Of a stretch of 64,000 nt of DNA, positions 10,911 through 19,017 are shown piece after piece. This DNA is from Myxococcota bacterium. Its GTDB lineage: Bacteria > Myxococcota_A > UBA9042 > PHBI01 > JAWLBL01. The DNA is taken from NCBI GenBank assembly GCA_041687695.1, contig JAWLBL010000016.1:1-64000 (forward strand). The letters are read 5' to 3'. Position numbers and translations under genes: made by a program. The notes beneath the pieces are model-generated. The model searched no databases. It had not been told where the DNA came from and saw only the letters and a list, made by a program, of their open reading frames with translations. Every line of letters starts with the position of its first letter. Positions within the stretch are counted from its first letter, which is position 1.

Positions 10911-11033
10911 CGGCGCCGACTCTCCTGCTCCCTGCGCGCCGCCCCGACGCGACGCTGCGGGACGTTTAACACAGCCGGACCCCCAGGGTCATCCGGGGCG
11001 AACGGGCCGACGCCGCGGCGGCCTTCGAAACGC

Positions 11034-11068
11034 CGAGAGCCGCCAGGGACCTGCCCTGACGGCTCTCG
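11034..11068 (-). terminator. Hairpin downstream of the SRP RNA (terminator or processing stem)
   Basis: cgagagccg..caggg / ccctg..cggctctcg inverted repeat; the single mismatch is G-U on the minus strand. Confidence 0.6.
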
Positions 11069-11074
11069 AGATGG

Positions 11075-11172
11075 GACGGCTGGGGCCCGACACATGAAGC
11101 TCGCGCTACCGCTGCTTCCTCCCGGACCTGACGGAGTTCACGCAAACCCCATTGCCGGACCCACAGCCACAG
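11075..11172 (-). ncRNA. ffs: Signal recognition particle RNA (4.5S)
   Basis: Minus strand contains GTCAGGTCCGGGAGGAAGCAGC (helix 8 motif) in a long hairpin; sits directly upstream of dnaX. Confidence 0.92.
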
Positions 11173-11206
11173 ACGATCCGACCAAGGCCGGATCGAAGCG
11201 ATGTGA

Positions 11207-11299
11207 TGGCGGAGAGAGAGGGATTCGAACCCTCGGTAGAGCTTTTGGCCCTACACACGATTTCCAGTCGTGCACCTTCAACCACTCGGTCATCTCTCC
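11207..11299 (-). tRNA. tRNA-Ser(GGA), CCA encoded
   Basis: Cloverleaf; anticodon arm cacga-CT GGA AA-tcgtg; long variable arm; GGTTCGAATCC. Confidence 0.96.
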
Positions 11300-11475
11300 G
11301 TAGGTGCTCCAGGAACGCCGATCCCGGCGTCGCCAACCTGCCGCAAGCAGGGACATCGCTGAGCTCCTCACTGGGTGAGGGTGAGCGCGTCCTGGAAGCC
11401 CTGATGACTGAGGGTGAGCGGCGTAAGCGCGGACGAGGCGCCCGCTGCCGGCGGACCGGCAGCGGGGCGTCGCGG

Positions 11476-11563
11476 CGGAGAGAGAGGGATTCGAACCCCC
11501 GGTACGGTTGCCCGTACACCTGATTTCGAGTCAGGCGCCATCGACCAGCTCGGCCATCTCTCC
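11476..11563 (-). tRNA. tRNA-Ser(CGA)
   Basis: Anticodon arm cctga-CT CGA AA-tcagg; long variable arm; T-loop. Confidence 0.95.
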
Positions 11564-11582
11564 ACAAGGCGCGCTCGGACCC

Positions 11583-12056
11583 TCAGCGAGGGCGGCGCTG
11601 GACGCGCAGGTCCTCGAAGAAGGAGGTGAGCAGCTCACGGCACTCGGTCTCACGCAGGCCTTGCTCGACGTCCGGGCGCGGGCCGGTCAAGACTTTCACG
11701 GTGCTGACCACCGCGCCGGTCTTGGGTTCGACTGCGCCGTAGACCACCCGGGCGACCCGCGCCGTCAACGCCGCGCCCGCGCACATGGCGCAGGGCTCGA
11801 GCGTCACGAAGAGGGTCGCGCCTTCAAGGCGCCAGGCGCCCAGGGTGCGAGCGGCTTCACGGAGCGCGAGGACCTCGGCGTGCGCCGTGGGGTCCTGGAG
11901 CGTGTCCGTGAGGTTCGCGCCGCGGCCGACGATGCGGCCCTCAGCGACGACGACCGCGCCGACAGGGACGTTGCCCATGGCGGCTGCGCGGCGGGCGAGG
12001 CGGAGCGCCTCTCGCATCGCGTCGTCGTCGCGGATGGGCTCCGGGACGACGATCAT
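11583..12056 (-). CDS. tadA: tRNA adenosine(34) deaminase
   Basis: VPVGAVVV, DPTAHAE, TLEPCAMCAGA motifs. Confidence 0.92.
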   Translation of the reverse strand: MIVVPEPIRDDDAMREALRLARRAAAMGNVPVGAVVVAEGRIVGRGANLTDTLQDPTAHAEVLALREAARTLGAWRLEGATLFVTLEPCAMCAGAALTARVARVVYGAVEPKTGAVVSTVKVLTGPRPDVEQGLRETECRELLTSFFEDLRVQRRPR

Positions 12057-12117
12057 GCCGGAGAAACCTTGTCCATCACATCGCGTTTGGAAAAGAGCGG
12101 TCGCCTGAGACGACGAC

Positions 12118-12141
12118 GCCCCCGTCCGGGGGGACGGGGGC
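12118..12141 (-). terminator. GC-rich hairpin between tRNA-Arg and tadA
   Basis: gcccccgtcc-gggg-ggacgggggc perfect stem; no clear U-tract. Confidence 0.45.
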
Positions 12142-12151
12142 TCCATGAGTT

Positions 12152-12225
12152 CGCGCCGGAGAGGATTCGAACCTCTGACCTATGGTTCCGTAGACCATTG
12201 CTCTATCCAGCTGAGCTACCGGCGC
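12152..12225 (-). tRNA. tRNA-Arg(ACG)
   Basis: GCGCCGGTAGCTCAGCTGGATAGAGC; anticodon arm atggt-CT ACG GA-accat. Confidence 0.96.
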
Positions 12226-12238
12226 TCACGGGAGGTGG

Positions 12239-12267
12239 AAGGTATGCGCCCCTTCCAGGGCTGTCAA
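12239..12267 (-). promoter_or_regulatory. Sigma70-type promoter of tRNA-Arg(ACG)
   Basis: TTGACA-N17-TACCTT on the minus strand. Confidence 0.7.
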
Positions 12268-12353
12268 GCGTGTTCGCACGGGCCGCCAACGCGGCTTCGG
12301 ACGGGCACCTGACAGGGATCCGACCCCGCGCCGCGGCCGCGACGCGGGGCTCG

Positions 12354-12451
<98 letters not shown>

Positions 12452-12494
12452 ACGGGTCGTCTTCACTTGTCAGGACAGGGCTGGTGTCGGGCGG

Positions 12495-12577
12495 CGGAGG
12501 AGGAGGGATTCGAACCCCCGGGACTCGCGTCCGACGGTTTTCAAGACCGCTGCCTTAAACCACTCGGCCACTCCTCC
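12495..12577 (-). tRNA. tRNA-Ser(TGA)
   Basis: Anticodon arm gcggt-CT TGA AA-accgt; variable arm GGACGCGAGTCC. Confidence 0.94.
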
Positions 12578-12595
12578 AGCGGCAAAGGGAGCGAG

Positions 12596-12624
12596 AAACT
12601 AGCGCAGGACCCGTCGTCAATCAA
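12596..12624 (-). promoter_or_regulatory. Probable promoter of the tRNA-Ser(TGA)/(GCT) pair
   Basis: TTGATT-N17-TAGTTT on the minus strand. Confidence 0.5.
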
Positions 12625-12662
12625 GAGGCTTTCAACACGGCCCGCGCGCGGCCGCCGGGTCG

Positions 12663-14963
12663 CTAGATCTCCTCGAGGGTCGGCAGCTTCCACTCGCCCT
12701 GGTCGCGGCTAGACCGCCAGTCCTCGAGCAGCCCCTCGACGCTGACCGAGCTCAGGTCCTCGAGGATGATCGCGCTGCCGGCCTCGTCGTGCGAGTCGAC
12801 GCGCTCGCCGCGGGCCTTCTTGTCGGCGTTCTTCTTCTCCTCGTCGCGGATGAGCTTGCGCAGCTGGGCGAGCGACATGCCCGAGCTGATGACCTGGATG
12901 CGCTGCGAGGCGTGGAAGGTCATCCAGACCAGGAAGTGGATGGGGTGGAAGTGGTAGACGATGCCGGTCCAGGGCTCGACGTTCAGGCCGATGTGGGCCG
13001 CTACGTCCTTGTTGAGCCAGACGAAGGGCAGGATCCGACGCAGCGCCCCGCGGAACACGCCCGAGTCCTTGAAGATGCTCTTGAACTCGCTGACCCGCTC
13101 GTCCCAGGTCTCGGCCCTCGACAGCGCGAGCACCCAGTCGACCTGATCGGACCACTCGCTGACGTGGCGCGCGACGACCTTGCGCAGCCACGACTTCTCC
13201 TCGAGGTACTCGCCGGGCGTCGTGAAGAAGTACTCGATGTCGTCCGGCGCGACCACGCGGGCGTCGAGCAGCGGTGAGCGCTTGCGCACCGTCGGCGACT
13301 GGTCGAACAGGCTCAGCACGTCGCGGTTGTCGACGAAGGGGCTGCCCGTGAGATCCGACTCGACCTCGCTGAAGAAGCGTCCGTGCACGCCAAGGTCGAC
13401 GGCCTCCTTCCAGCCCTCCTCGGCGAAGATCTCGACGTGGATCTGCGGCGTCTGGTCGTACTCGTCCTTGCCGAACAGGCCGACGTCGCCGATGAGCTCG
13501 CCCGACGAGATCTTGACCGGGCTCTCCTTCCAGGGGACGAGCGCGATCTCGCCGCGCTTGAAGGCCGCGAGGTGCTGGCCGACCTCGAGATACGCCCGGG
13601 TGTCGAACTCGCCGTCGTCGTCCTCGGCCGCCACGAACTCGTCGTCGTCCTGAAAGAGCGCGGTGTCGTCCTTGGGCGCGCCCCCGCCGTCCTCCTCCTC
13701 GGCCGCACCGCCCTGGAGCGCGGTCTCCTCCTCGTCGACCTTCCCGCCGTGGACCCGGAAGAGCTGCCGCACCCACTCGGGGTGGTCCTTCGTGACGTTC
13801 TCGAAGTCGATGGGGCCCAGGTGCATGTACAGCGAGTAGAAGACGAAGGCCTTGGTCTTCTCTTTCTGGCGCGTGGGCACGTCTATCTCGTGGCGCAGCA
13901 CCAGGAAGTTGTTGTGGCCCATGCGCGTCGGCTTCTTGCCGAACCGTCCGGCGACCACCACCCCGTCGAACATGTTGTACACGGGGCTGCCCTTGGGCTT
14001 CTTCAGGTGGATGCCGCCGTGCCAGGTCTGGTTGATGCCGATGGGGTACCAGCCGCCGCCCAGCGCCGACTCGTTGGCCCGGAAGTACTCCTGCGCGTAG
14101 GCCCGCACCTTGTCCGGCTCGAGCAGGGTCGCGACGTTCTTGCCGTCCTCGAGCTCGATGGGGAAGGCGTTGTGCTCGCGGGCGAGGCCGGCGATGACGC
14201 GCTGCCAGTCGAAGCCCGGGCCCGGATCCCAGCGGGTCGGCGAGATGTGCCAGTGGGCCAGGATGCCCGCGAAGCCCGGCCAGTCGTCGGGGATGACGTA
14301 GGGGATGACCTCGCCCGTCGGGTCGGCCGGGTACTTGGGCTCGATCTTGTCGAGCACCTTGGTCAGGACCTTGAGCAGCTCGATGAGCGCCTGGTACTGC
14401 GCGTCCGTGTAGCCCCACGAGATCTGGCCGTCGGTGCTCTGCTGGATCTTCATCCGCCTGGAGCGCGGTCGGCGGTACTCCCGCTTGGACATTTCCGCGA
14501 AGCGCGGGTGCTTGGGGTCGTAGGGCGGGGCGTCGGGCTCGCGCACCAGGTTGCGCATCAGGTTGTTGAGGTCGATGCCGACGCTGGTGCTGTTCGAGTC
14601 GCCGCCGTGGTACGCCTCGAACATCACGTCGAGGGGCTGGTAGATCGTGCCGTCCCAGTCGATCATGAAGTGGGTCGACAGCTTGCGGCCGACCAGCGCG
14701 CGGAAGCAGCCCTCGGAGTCGCCCGTGAGGTCCGTGTGCAGGACGACGTGCTGCACATGCTCCTTGAGCTCCGGCAGGGTCTTGATCGGCTTGCCCTTCA
14801 CGCGCCGGAACCCGTACATCGCCTCGTTCGTCGCCGCCTCGCTCGCCGAGCTCTCGCGCGGGAAGCTGAAGGCGCCCGTGTGCTCCCAGGTGACGACCTT
14901 GACGTTGTTGGCGAGCTTGTAGGCCTCGCCGCCGATGATGATGCTGTCGTACGTCTCCGTCAT
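12663..14963 (-). CDS. N-acetylmuramoyl-L-alanine amidase (Amidase_2) fused to an M23-like peptidase region
   Basis: HVVLHTD, STHFMIDWDGTIYQ, AYHGG, SVGIDL, AHWH..RWDPGP (amidase); WHGGIHL, FYSLYMHL, HVEIF, HVSEW, YHFHP (M23-like effector-type motifs). Confidence 0.8.
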   Translation of the reverse strand: MTETYDSIIIGGEAYKLANNVKVVTWEHTGAFSFPRESSASEAATNEAMYGFRRVKGKPIKTLPELKEHVQHVVLHTDLTGDSEGCFRALVGRKLSTHFMIDWDGTIYQPLDVMFEAYHGGDSNSTSVGIDLNNLMRNLVREPDAPPYDPKHPRFAEMSKREYRRPRSRRMKIQQSTDGQISWGYTDAQYQALIELLKVLTKVLDKIEPKYPADPTGEVIPYVIPDDWPGFAGILAHWHISPTRWDPGPGFDWQRVIAGLAREHNAFPIELEDGKNVATLLEPDKVRAYAQEYFRANESALGGGWYPIGINQTWHGGIHLKKPKGSPVYNMFDGVVVAGRFGKKPTRMGHNNFLVLRHEIDVPTRQKEKTKAFVFYSLYMHLGPIDFENVTKDHPEWVRQLFRVHGGKVDEEETALQGGAAEEEDGGGAPKDDTALFQDDDEFVAAEDDDGEFDTRAYLEVGQHLAAFKRGEIALVPWKESPVKISSGELIGDVGLFGKDEYDQTPQIHVEIFAEEGWKEAVDLGVHGRFFSEVESDLTGSPFVDNRDVLSLFDQSPTVRKRSPLLDARVVAPDDIEYFFTTPGEYLEEKSWLRKVVARHVSEWSDQVDWVLALSRAETWDERVSEFKSIFKDSGVFRGALRRILPFVWLNKDVAAHIGLNVEPWTGIVYHFHPIHFLVWMTFHASQRIQVISSGMSLAQLRKLIRDEEKKNADKKARGERVDSHDEAGSAIILEDLSSVSVEGLLEDWRSSRDQGEWKLPTLEEI

Positions 14964-14972
14964 CGTCCTCGC

Positions 14973-16706
14973 CTACTTGACGCCGAGCTTCTTGACGGCC
15001 TTGCCGGCCCCGGCGCCCTTCTTGGCGAGCCCCGCCGCGCCCTTGCCGGCGCCCTGAGCCGCCTTGGCGCCCTTGCCGAAGATCTTCTTGCCGATGGCCA
15101 TCAGCAGCTTGAGCAGGATGAGCGCCAGCACCAGCCCGACGCCGATGGCCACGGCCATGAAGCCCTTCTTGCCCAGCTTCGCCTCGCCCATCGACCGCAC
15201 CTGGTCGACCATCACAGCCACGCCCTCGGGCCCCTTGGGCACCGCGGCGGCGTAGGCCGGCGCCGCGAACTTGCGCCCGGCGGCCTTGACCTCGAGCTCG
15301 TAGGCCACCATCGATCCGGGCGTCGCCTCGTGGTCCGTGAACGTCACGACCAGCTGGCCGTTCAGCTCGTCGATGAGATCGGTGTAGTGGTCCGCCACGA
15401 CGTTGGCGTCCTCGGCCACGCGCGCCGTGCCCCCCGACCGCCAGGCCAGCAGCTCGAGGCGCTCGCGCTCGTGCGGCTCGGCGTTGGGGTTGACCACCGT
15501 GAAGATGCGGATCCCCGCCGCCTTCGCCAGCGACAGCCACTGCTTGAGCAGCGGCTCGAACCGGGCCTGCTCGGCCTTGATGGCGTCGCCCAGCTTCTTG
15601 TCGACGCAGGTCTTCGAGTCCCGGTAGAGCTTCATCTCCTCGTCTTCGTCGTGCCTGCCGGCCCGCTTGGCCTTGCGCGCCTCGAGGATCTCCCTGTTGC
15701 AGTCCTCGCGCATCTTCGCGCGGCAGTCCTCGAGGCGGTAGGCGTACCCGTCGCGGCCGTCCCCCAGCAGCACCAGGGCCTTGGGTTGTCCGGGCTTGCC
15801 GTCCTTGGCGAGCATCCTCAGCGCCACCTCGACGGCCGGCGCTCCCAGGGCCGACGCCTCGGCCGCCCGCGCGCTGGTCGACATGCGCTCGTGCTGCGGC
15901 GTCGGGTTGCACAGCGGCGCGCCCAGCCCGAACAGGTGCGGGTAGAAGCCCTGGTAGGTGGTCGCTGTGATGACCTTGGGCAGGTCGGCGTAGTTGGCGG
16001 TCAGCCCGCAATAGGCCTCGTCGTCGGCCAGCTGCGCCGGGTCGTCGCCCTCGGGCGGCGGCTCGCCCCAGGTCTCGAGTTGCTCGAGCTCCCAGGCGGC
16101 GCACTTGTCGGCCATCTGCTCGAGGCGCGTCAGCTCCTTGACGCGGCCCTTGGCCTCGACCCAGGTCATGACGAAGTCGTTGTACCAGACGACGTTCATC
16201 AGGTTGGCCTTGCCGAGCTTCTTGAAGAACAGGCCCGCGCCGTTGCGCTGCCGCTCGCCCAGCGTGCCGTCCCGGTAGTCGGGGCTGGCGTAGCCGGGCA
16301 GCACGACCGCCACCGCCATGCCGCGCTCGTCGTCGCCCATCGTGGCCAGCGTCGGCAGCTCCTCCTTGGGGACCTCCTTGTCCTCGCCAGCGTCCGTCTT
16401 CGGGAAGACCGGCTCGCCGTCGACGATGCTGAACAGCTCGACCGCCTTCTGCTTGTCGGGCTTGCGGCTGACCTTCAGCTCCTGCAGGAACTTCTCGTGG
16501 TCGACCGGCCGCAGGCGGCTGTCCAGGAACGACGCGTAGACCTTGATGAGCGGCGCCGCGGTCGTGTCGACGTGGTTGATCTTGATCTGCGGGAAGGCGT
16601 CCGAGACCTGCGCGTGCGCCTCGGGCGCGGTCGGCAGGTAGGGGGCCGCCACGAGCAGCGAGAGCCCGAGGGCAACGGCCACGGGGCCGAGGTGCCTTGC
16701 CTTCAT
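14973..16706 (-). CDS. Exported membrane-anchored protein with a vWA-like domain
   Basis: N-terminal signal peptide (AHA-Q); LVLLGDGRDG, GIRIFTV and LAWRSGG resemble vWA; C-terminal TM followed by a Lys/Gly-rich tail. Confidence 0.6.
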   Translation of the reverse strand: MKARHLGPVAVALGLSLLVAAPYLPTAPEAHAQVSDAFPQIKINHVDTTAAPLIKVYASFLDSRLRPVDHEKFLQELKVSRKPDKQKAVELFSIVDGEPVFPKTDAGEDKEVPKEELPTLATMGDDERGMAVAVVLPGYASPDYRDGTLGERQRNGAGLFFKKLGKANLMNVVWYNDFVMTWVEAKGRVKELTRLEQMADKCAAWELEQLETWGEPPPEGDDPAQLADDEAYCGLTANYADLPKVITATTYQGFYPHLFGLGAPLCNPTPQHERMSTSARAAEASALGAPAVEVALRMLAKDGKPGQPKALVLLGDGRDGYAYRLEDCRAKMREDCNREILEARKAKRAGRHDEDEEMKLYRDSKTCVDKKLGDAIKAEQARFEPLLKQWLSLAKAAGIRIFTVVNPNAEPHERERLELLAWRSGGTARVAEDANVVADHYTDLIDELNGQLVVTFTDHEATPGSMVAYELEVKAAGRKFAAPAYAAAVPKGPEGVAVMVDQVRSMGEAKLGKKGFMAVAIGVGLVLALILLKLLMAIGKKIFGKGAKAAQGAGKGAAGLAKKGAGAGKAVKKLGVK

Positions 16707-17137
16707 GAGAACCACGCCATGGGCCGTACGCGATAGACCACCGGCCGCTCGGTCGTCAGGCGCGTCCCGCCCGCGACCACCTCGGCCACATACTCGTAGT
16801 CGCCCGCAACGTAGTCGTCGTAGGGATAGACGAGCCGCACCGGGAAGCTGGCGCGACCGCCCGAGACCTCTGGCGCCGGCAGCTCGAAGCGCAGCACCTC
16901 GCGCGGCGTCCGCACGGTCAGGGCCACGCCCGCCGCTGAAGCCTCGACCCCCGCTGGCAGGCGCAGGTCCAGGTGCACCTCGCGATCGGGGAAGGCGCCC
17001 TCGGCCTCGTCGGCCCGCCAAGACAGGGCGCCGCCGCGCCCGCACGAGCCCAGCGTCGCGCCGAGCCCCAGCCCGGCCACCGCCACCAGCCCCGTCCCCA
17101 GAAATCCACGTCGCCCCAGCCGGGTCCCATCGCTCAT
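16703..17137 (-). CDS. Small Tat-exported lipoprotein
   Basis: LGRRGFLG twin-arginine motif, LGSC lipobox; ATGA overlap with the next gene. Confidence 0.7.
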   Translation of the reverse strand: MSDGTRLGRRGFLGTGLVAVAGLGLGATLGSCGRGGALSWRADEAEGAFPDREVHLDLRLPAGVEASAAGVALTVRTPREVLRFELPAPEVSGGRASFPVRLVYPYDDYVAGDYEYVAEVVAGGTRLTTERPVVYRVRPMAWFS

Positions 17138-17274
17138 GGGGCGCTAGCCTAATGGACGGCGTCGCCGGCTGACAAGGTCAGCGAGGCCGTCGGCGTCGGC
17201 CACCGAACGCGCAACCCCCGGACGCGACGCCGGTTTCGCCCGACGACGCGCCCGGGGGCCGCGCGCTCGGCGCT

Positions 17275-18921
17275 TCAGTCGCAGACCGTGCCGAGCTGCA
17301 GGCCGTCGACGTAGGTGCCCTCGAGCGGCGCCGTCGCCGCGTCCACCGAGTCGAACACGAAGCGCAGCTGGATCTGCTGGCCCGCGTAGGCGTCGAGCGG
17401 GACCTCGATCGCCTCGAACCGGTCGCCCGTGACGCCGTTGGTCAGGCTCTTGGACGTCCAGGCCGGCAGCAGGGCCCCGTCGCGCAGGACGAACACCTGC
17501 AGGACGTCGTAGTTCTTGGCCTGACGCGTCACCTTGAACAGATCGAACGTCAGCCGGGTGCTGCCGCCCTTGGGCAGCGTCAGCACGGGGGTCGTCGCCG
17601 ACGCCTTGACCCGCACGCCCCTGGCGTAGGTCTGCGGGACCGGGTCGCCCATGTACAGGCTGTAGTTGCCGCTGGTGGCGCGCGTCTTGTCCGGGGTCCA
17701 GAAGACGCCGGTCTCGAGGTTGTCGGTGACGTAGATGCCCTGCAGCTTGCCGGTGTCGAAGTTGGCGATGAGCTGGTCGCCCGCGACGCAGCACTCGCCC
17801 GAGCTGGCGCCCTCGTGCTCGCACAGGCCGGCGTTGCAGGTGTCGGTCGTGCAGGCCTCGCCGTCGTCGCAGTCGGCGTCGCTCAGGCACGCGTCGGGGT
17901 TCAGCGTCACCACGCAGGTCGCGCCCTCGCAGGTGTCGACCGTCGCCGGGTCGCCGTCTTCGCAGTCGGCGTCCGACGTGCAGCAGTCCGCCGGGGCGTC
18001 GGGGCCGGCGCAGGGCTCGAGGACCGGGTCCTCGGGGCCGCACAGGTCGCCGGTGACGCACCCCTCGGGGCTGCAGGCGTCGGCCGTGCACGGGTCGCCG
18101 TCGTCGCAGTCGGCGTCCTCGAGGCAGGCGCCAAGCAGCGGACACGTCGCCTGGACGGCGATGTCGTCGACCCAGACGCCCTCGAAGGCGTTGTTCAGGT
18201 GATCCATCGAGTCGAAGGCGATGCGGATCTGGATCCGCTGGCCCGCCAGCTCGGTCAGCGACACGTCGACCAGGGCGAAGCTGTCCTTGGCCTCGGCCGG
18301 CAGCGACGCCTTGCGCAGCAGCTCGACGGTCTGGCTCACGGTCTCGCCGTCGAGCACGTCCGCTTCGATCCACACCCGGTCAAAGGTGGCGTTCGGCTCG
18401 ACCAGCGCCATCAGACGCATGGTCAGGTGGCTCTCGCGGTCGGCCGGCAGGTCGAGCGGCGGCAGGGTCGCCGTGCCCGACACGCGGGCGCCGGTGTCGT
18501 AGCTCATCGACTCGGGGTCGCCGAAGTACAGGCTGCCCGGCGGGCTCGCGGCGCGGTGGTCCAGCACGTGCCAGCCGGCGCCGCCGACGGGCGCGCTGAG
18601 GGTGACCGCGGCCGCCGCGCCGTCGTCGAAGGCCTCGGAGAAGAGGACCTCGGCCTCGCAGCAGGCGCCGGTCGGGATGGGCAGGGCCACGCAGGCGCCG
18701 TCGAGGCAGCGGTTCTCGGTGCAGGGGTCGCCGTCCTCGCAGGTGTCCGACGGCGCGCAGACGGCGGGATCGGACGGCAGCCGATCCTCGGCGACCGGGG
18801 GGACCGTGAGGGGCGGCCCGTCGATCGGGGCCTGCTTGAGGGTGGGGTACGAGTCGCCGCAGGCGCCCGTCAGCCCGGTCAGGGCTGCGGCTGCGAGCAG
18901 CGTGAGGGGTGAACGTCGCAT
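17275..18921 (-). CDS. Cys-rich lipoprotein with two jelly-roll (MAM/cleaved-adhesin-like) domains
   Basis: LTGAC lipobox; CDDGDPCT repeats; two homologous domains (SLYFGDP/SLYMGDP...IQIRIAFDS/IQLRFVFDS...EGVWVDD/EGTYVDG). Confidence 0.75.
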   Translation of the reverse strand: MRRSPLTLLAAAALTGLTGACGDSYPTLKQAPIDGPPLTVPPVAEDRLPSDPAVCAPSDTCEDGDPCTENRCLDGACVALPIPTGACCEAEVLFSEAFDDGAAAAVTLSAPVGGAGWHVLDHRAASPPGSLYFGDPESMSYDTGARVSGTATLPPLDLPADRESHLTMRLMALVEPNATFDRVWIEADVLDGETVSQTVELLRKASLPAEAKDSFALVDVSLTELAGQRIQIRIAFDSMDHLNNAFEGVWVDDIAVQATCPLLGACLEDADCDDGDPCTADACSPEGCVTGDLCGPEDPVLEPCAGPDAPADCCTSDADCEDGDPATVDTCEGATCVVTLNPDACLSDADCDDGEACTTDTCNAGLCEHEGASSGECCVAGDQLIANFDTGKLQGIYVTDNLETGVFWTPDKTRATSGNYSLYMGDPVPQTYARGVRVKASATTPVLTLPKGGSTRLTFDLFKVTRQAKNYDVLQVFVLRDGALLPAWTSKSLTNGVTGDRFEAIEVPLDAYAGQQIQLRFVFDSVDAATAPLEGTYVDGLQLGTVCD

Positions 18922-19017
18922 GAGGACCCTCGGCGTGGTGAAGACTTCGCGCTGCGACGAAGGCCCGCTCGCGCGCATTCAAAAAAAGGAGCCGATGCGG
19001 TAGAACTCGCGCCCGGT

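Noticed and set aside
11376..11470. CTGATGA (hammerhead core) and a 12-nt direct repeat TGAGGGTGAGCG between tRNA genes
   Set aside because: No downstream stem II-GAAA element for a hammerhead; the repeat is short, and the neighbouring hairpin is explained as a tRNA terminator or processing stem.
12495..12577. Selenocysteine or suppressor tRNA
   Set aside because: The anticodon is TGA (reads UCA), not TCA; acceptor stem is the normal 7 bp.
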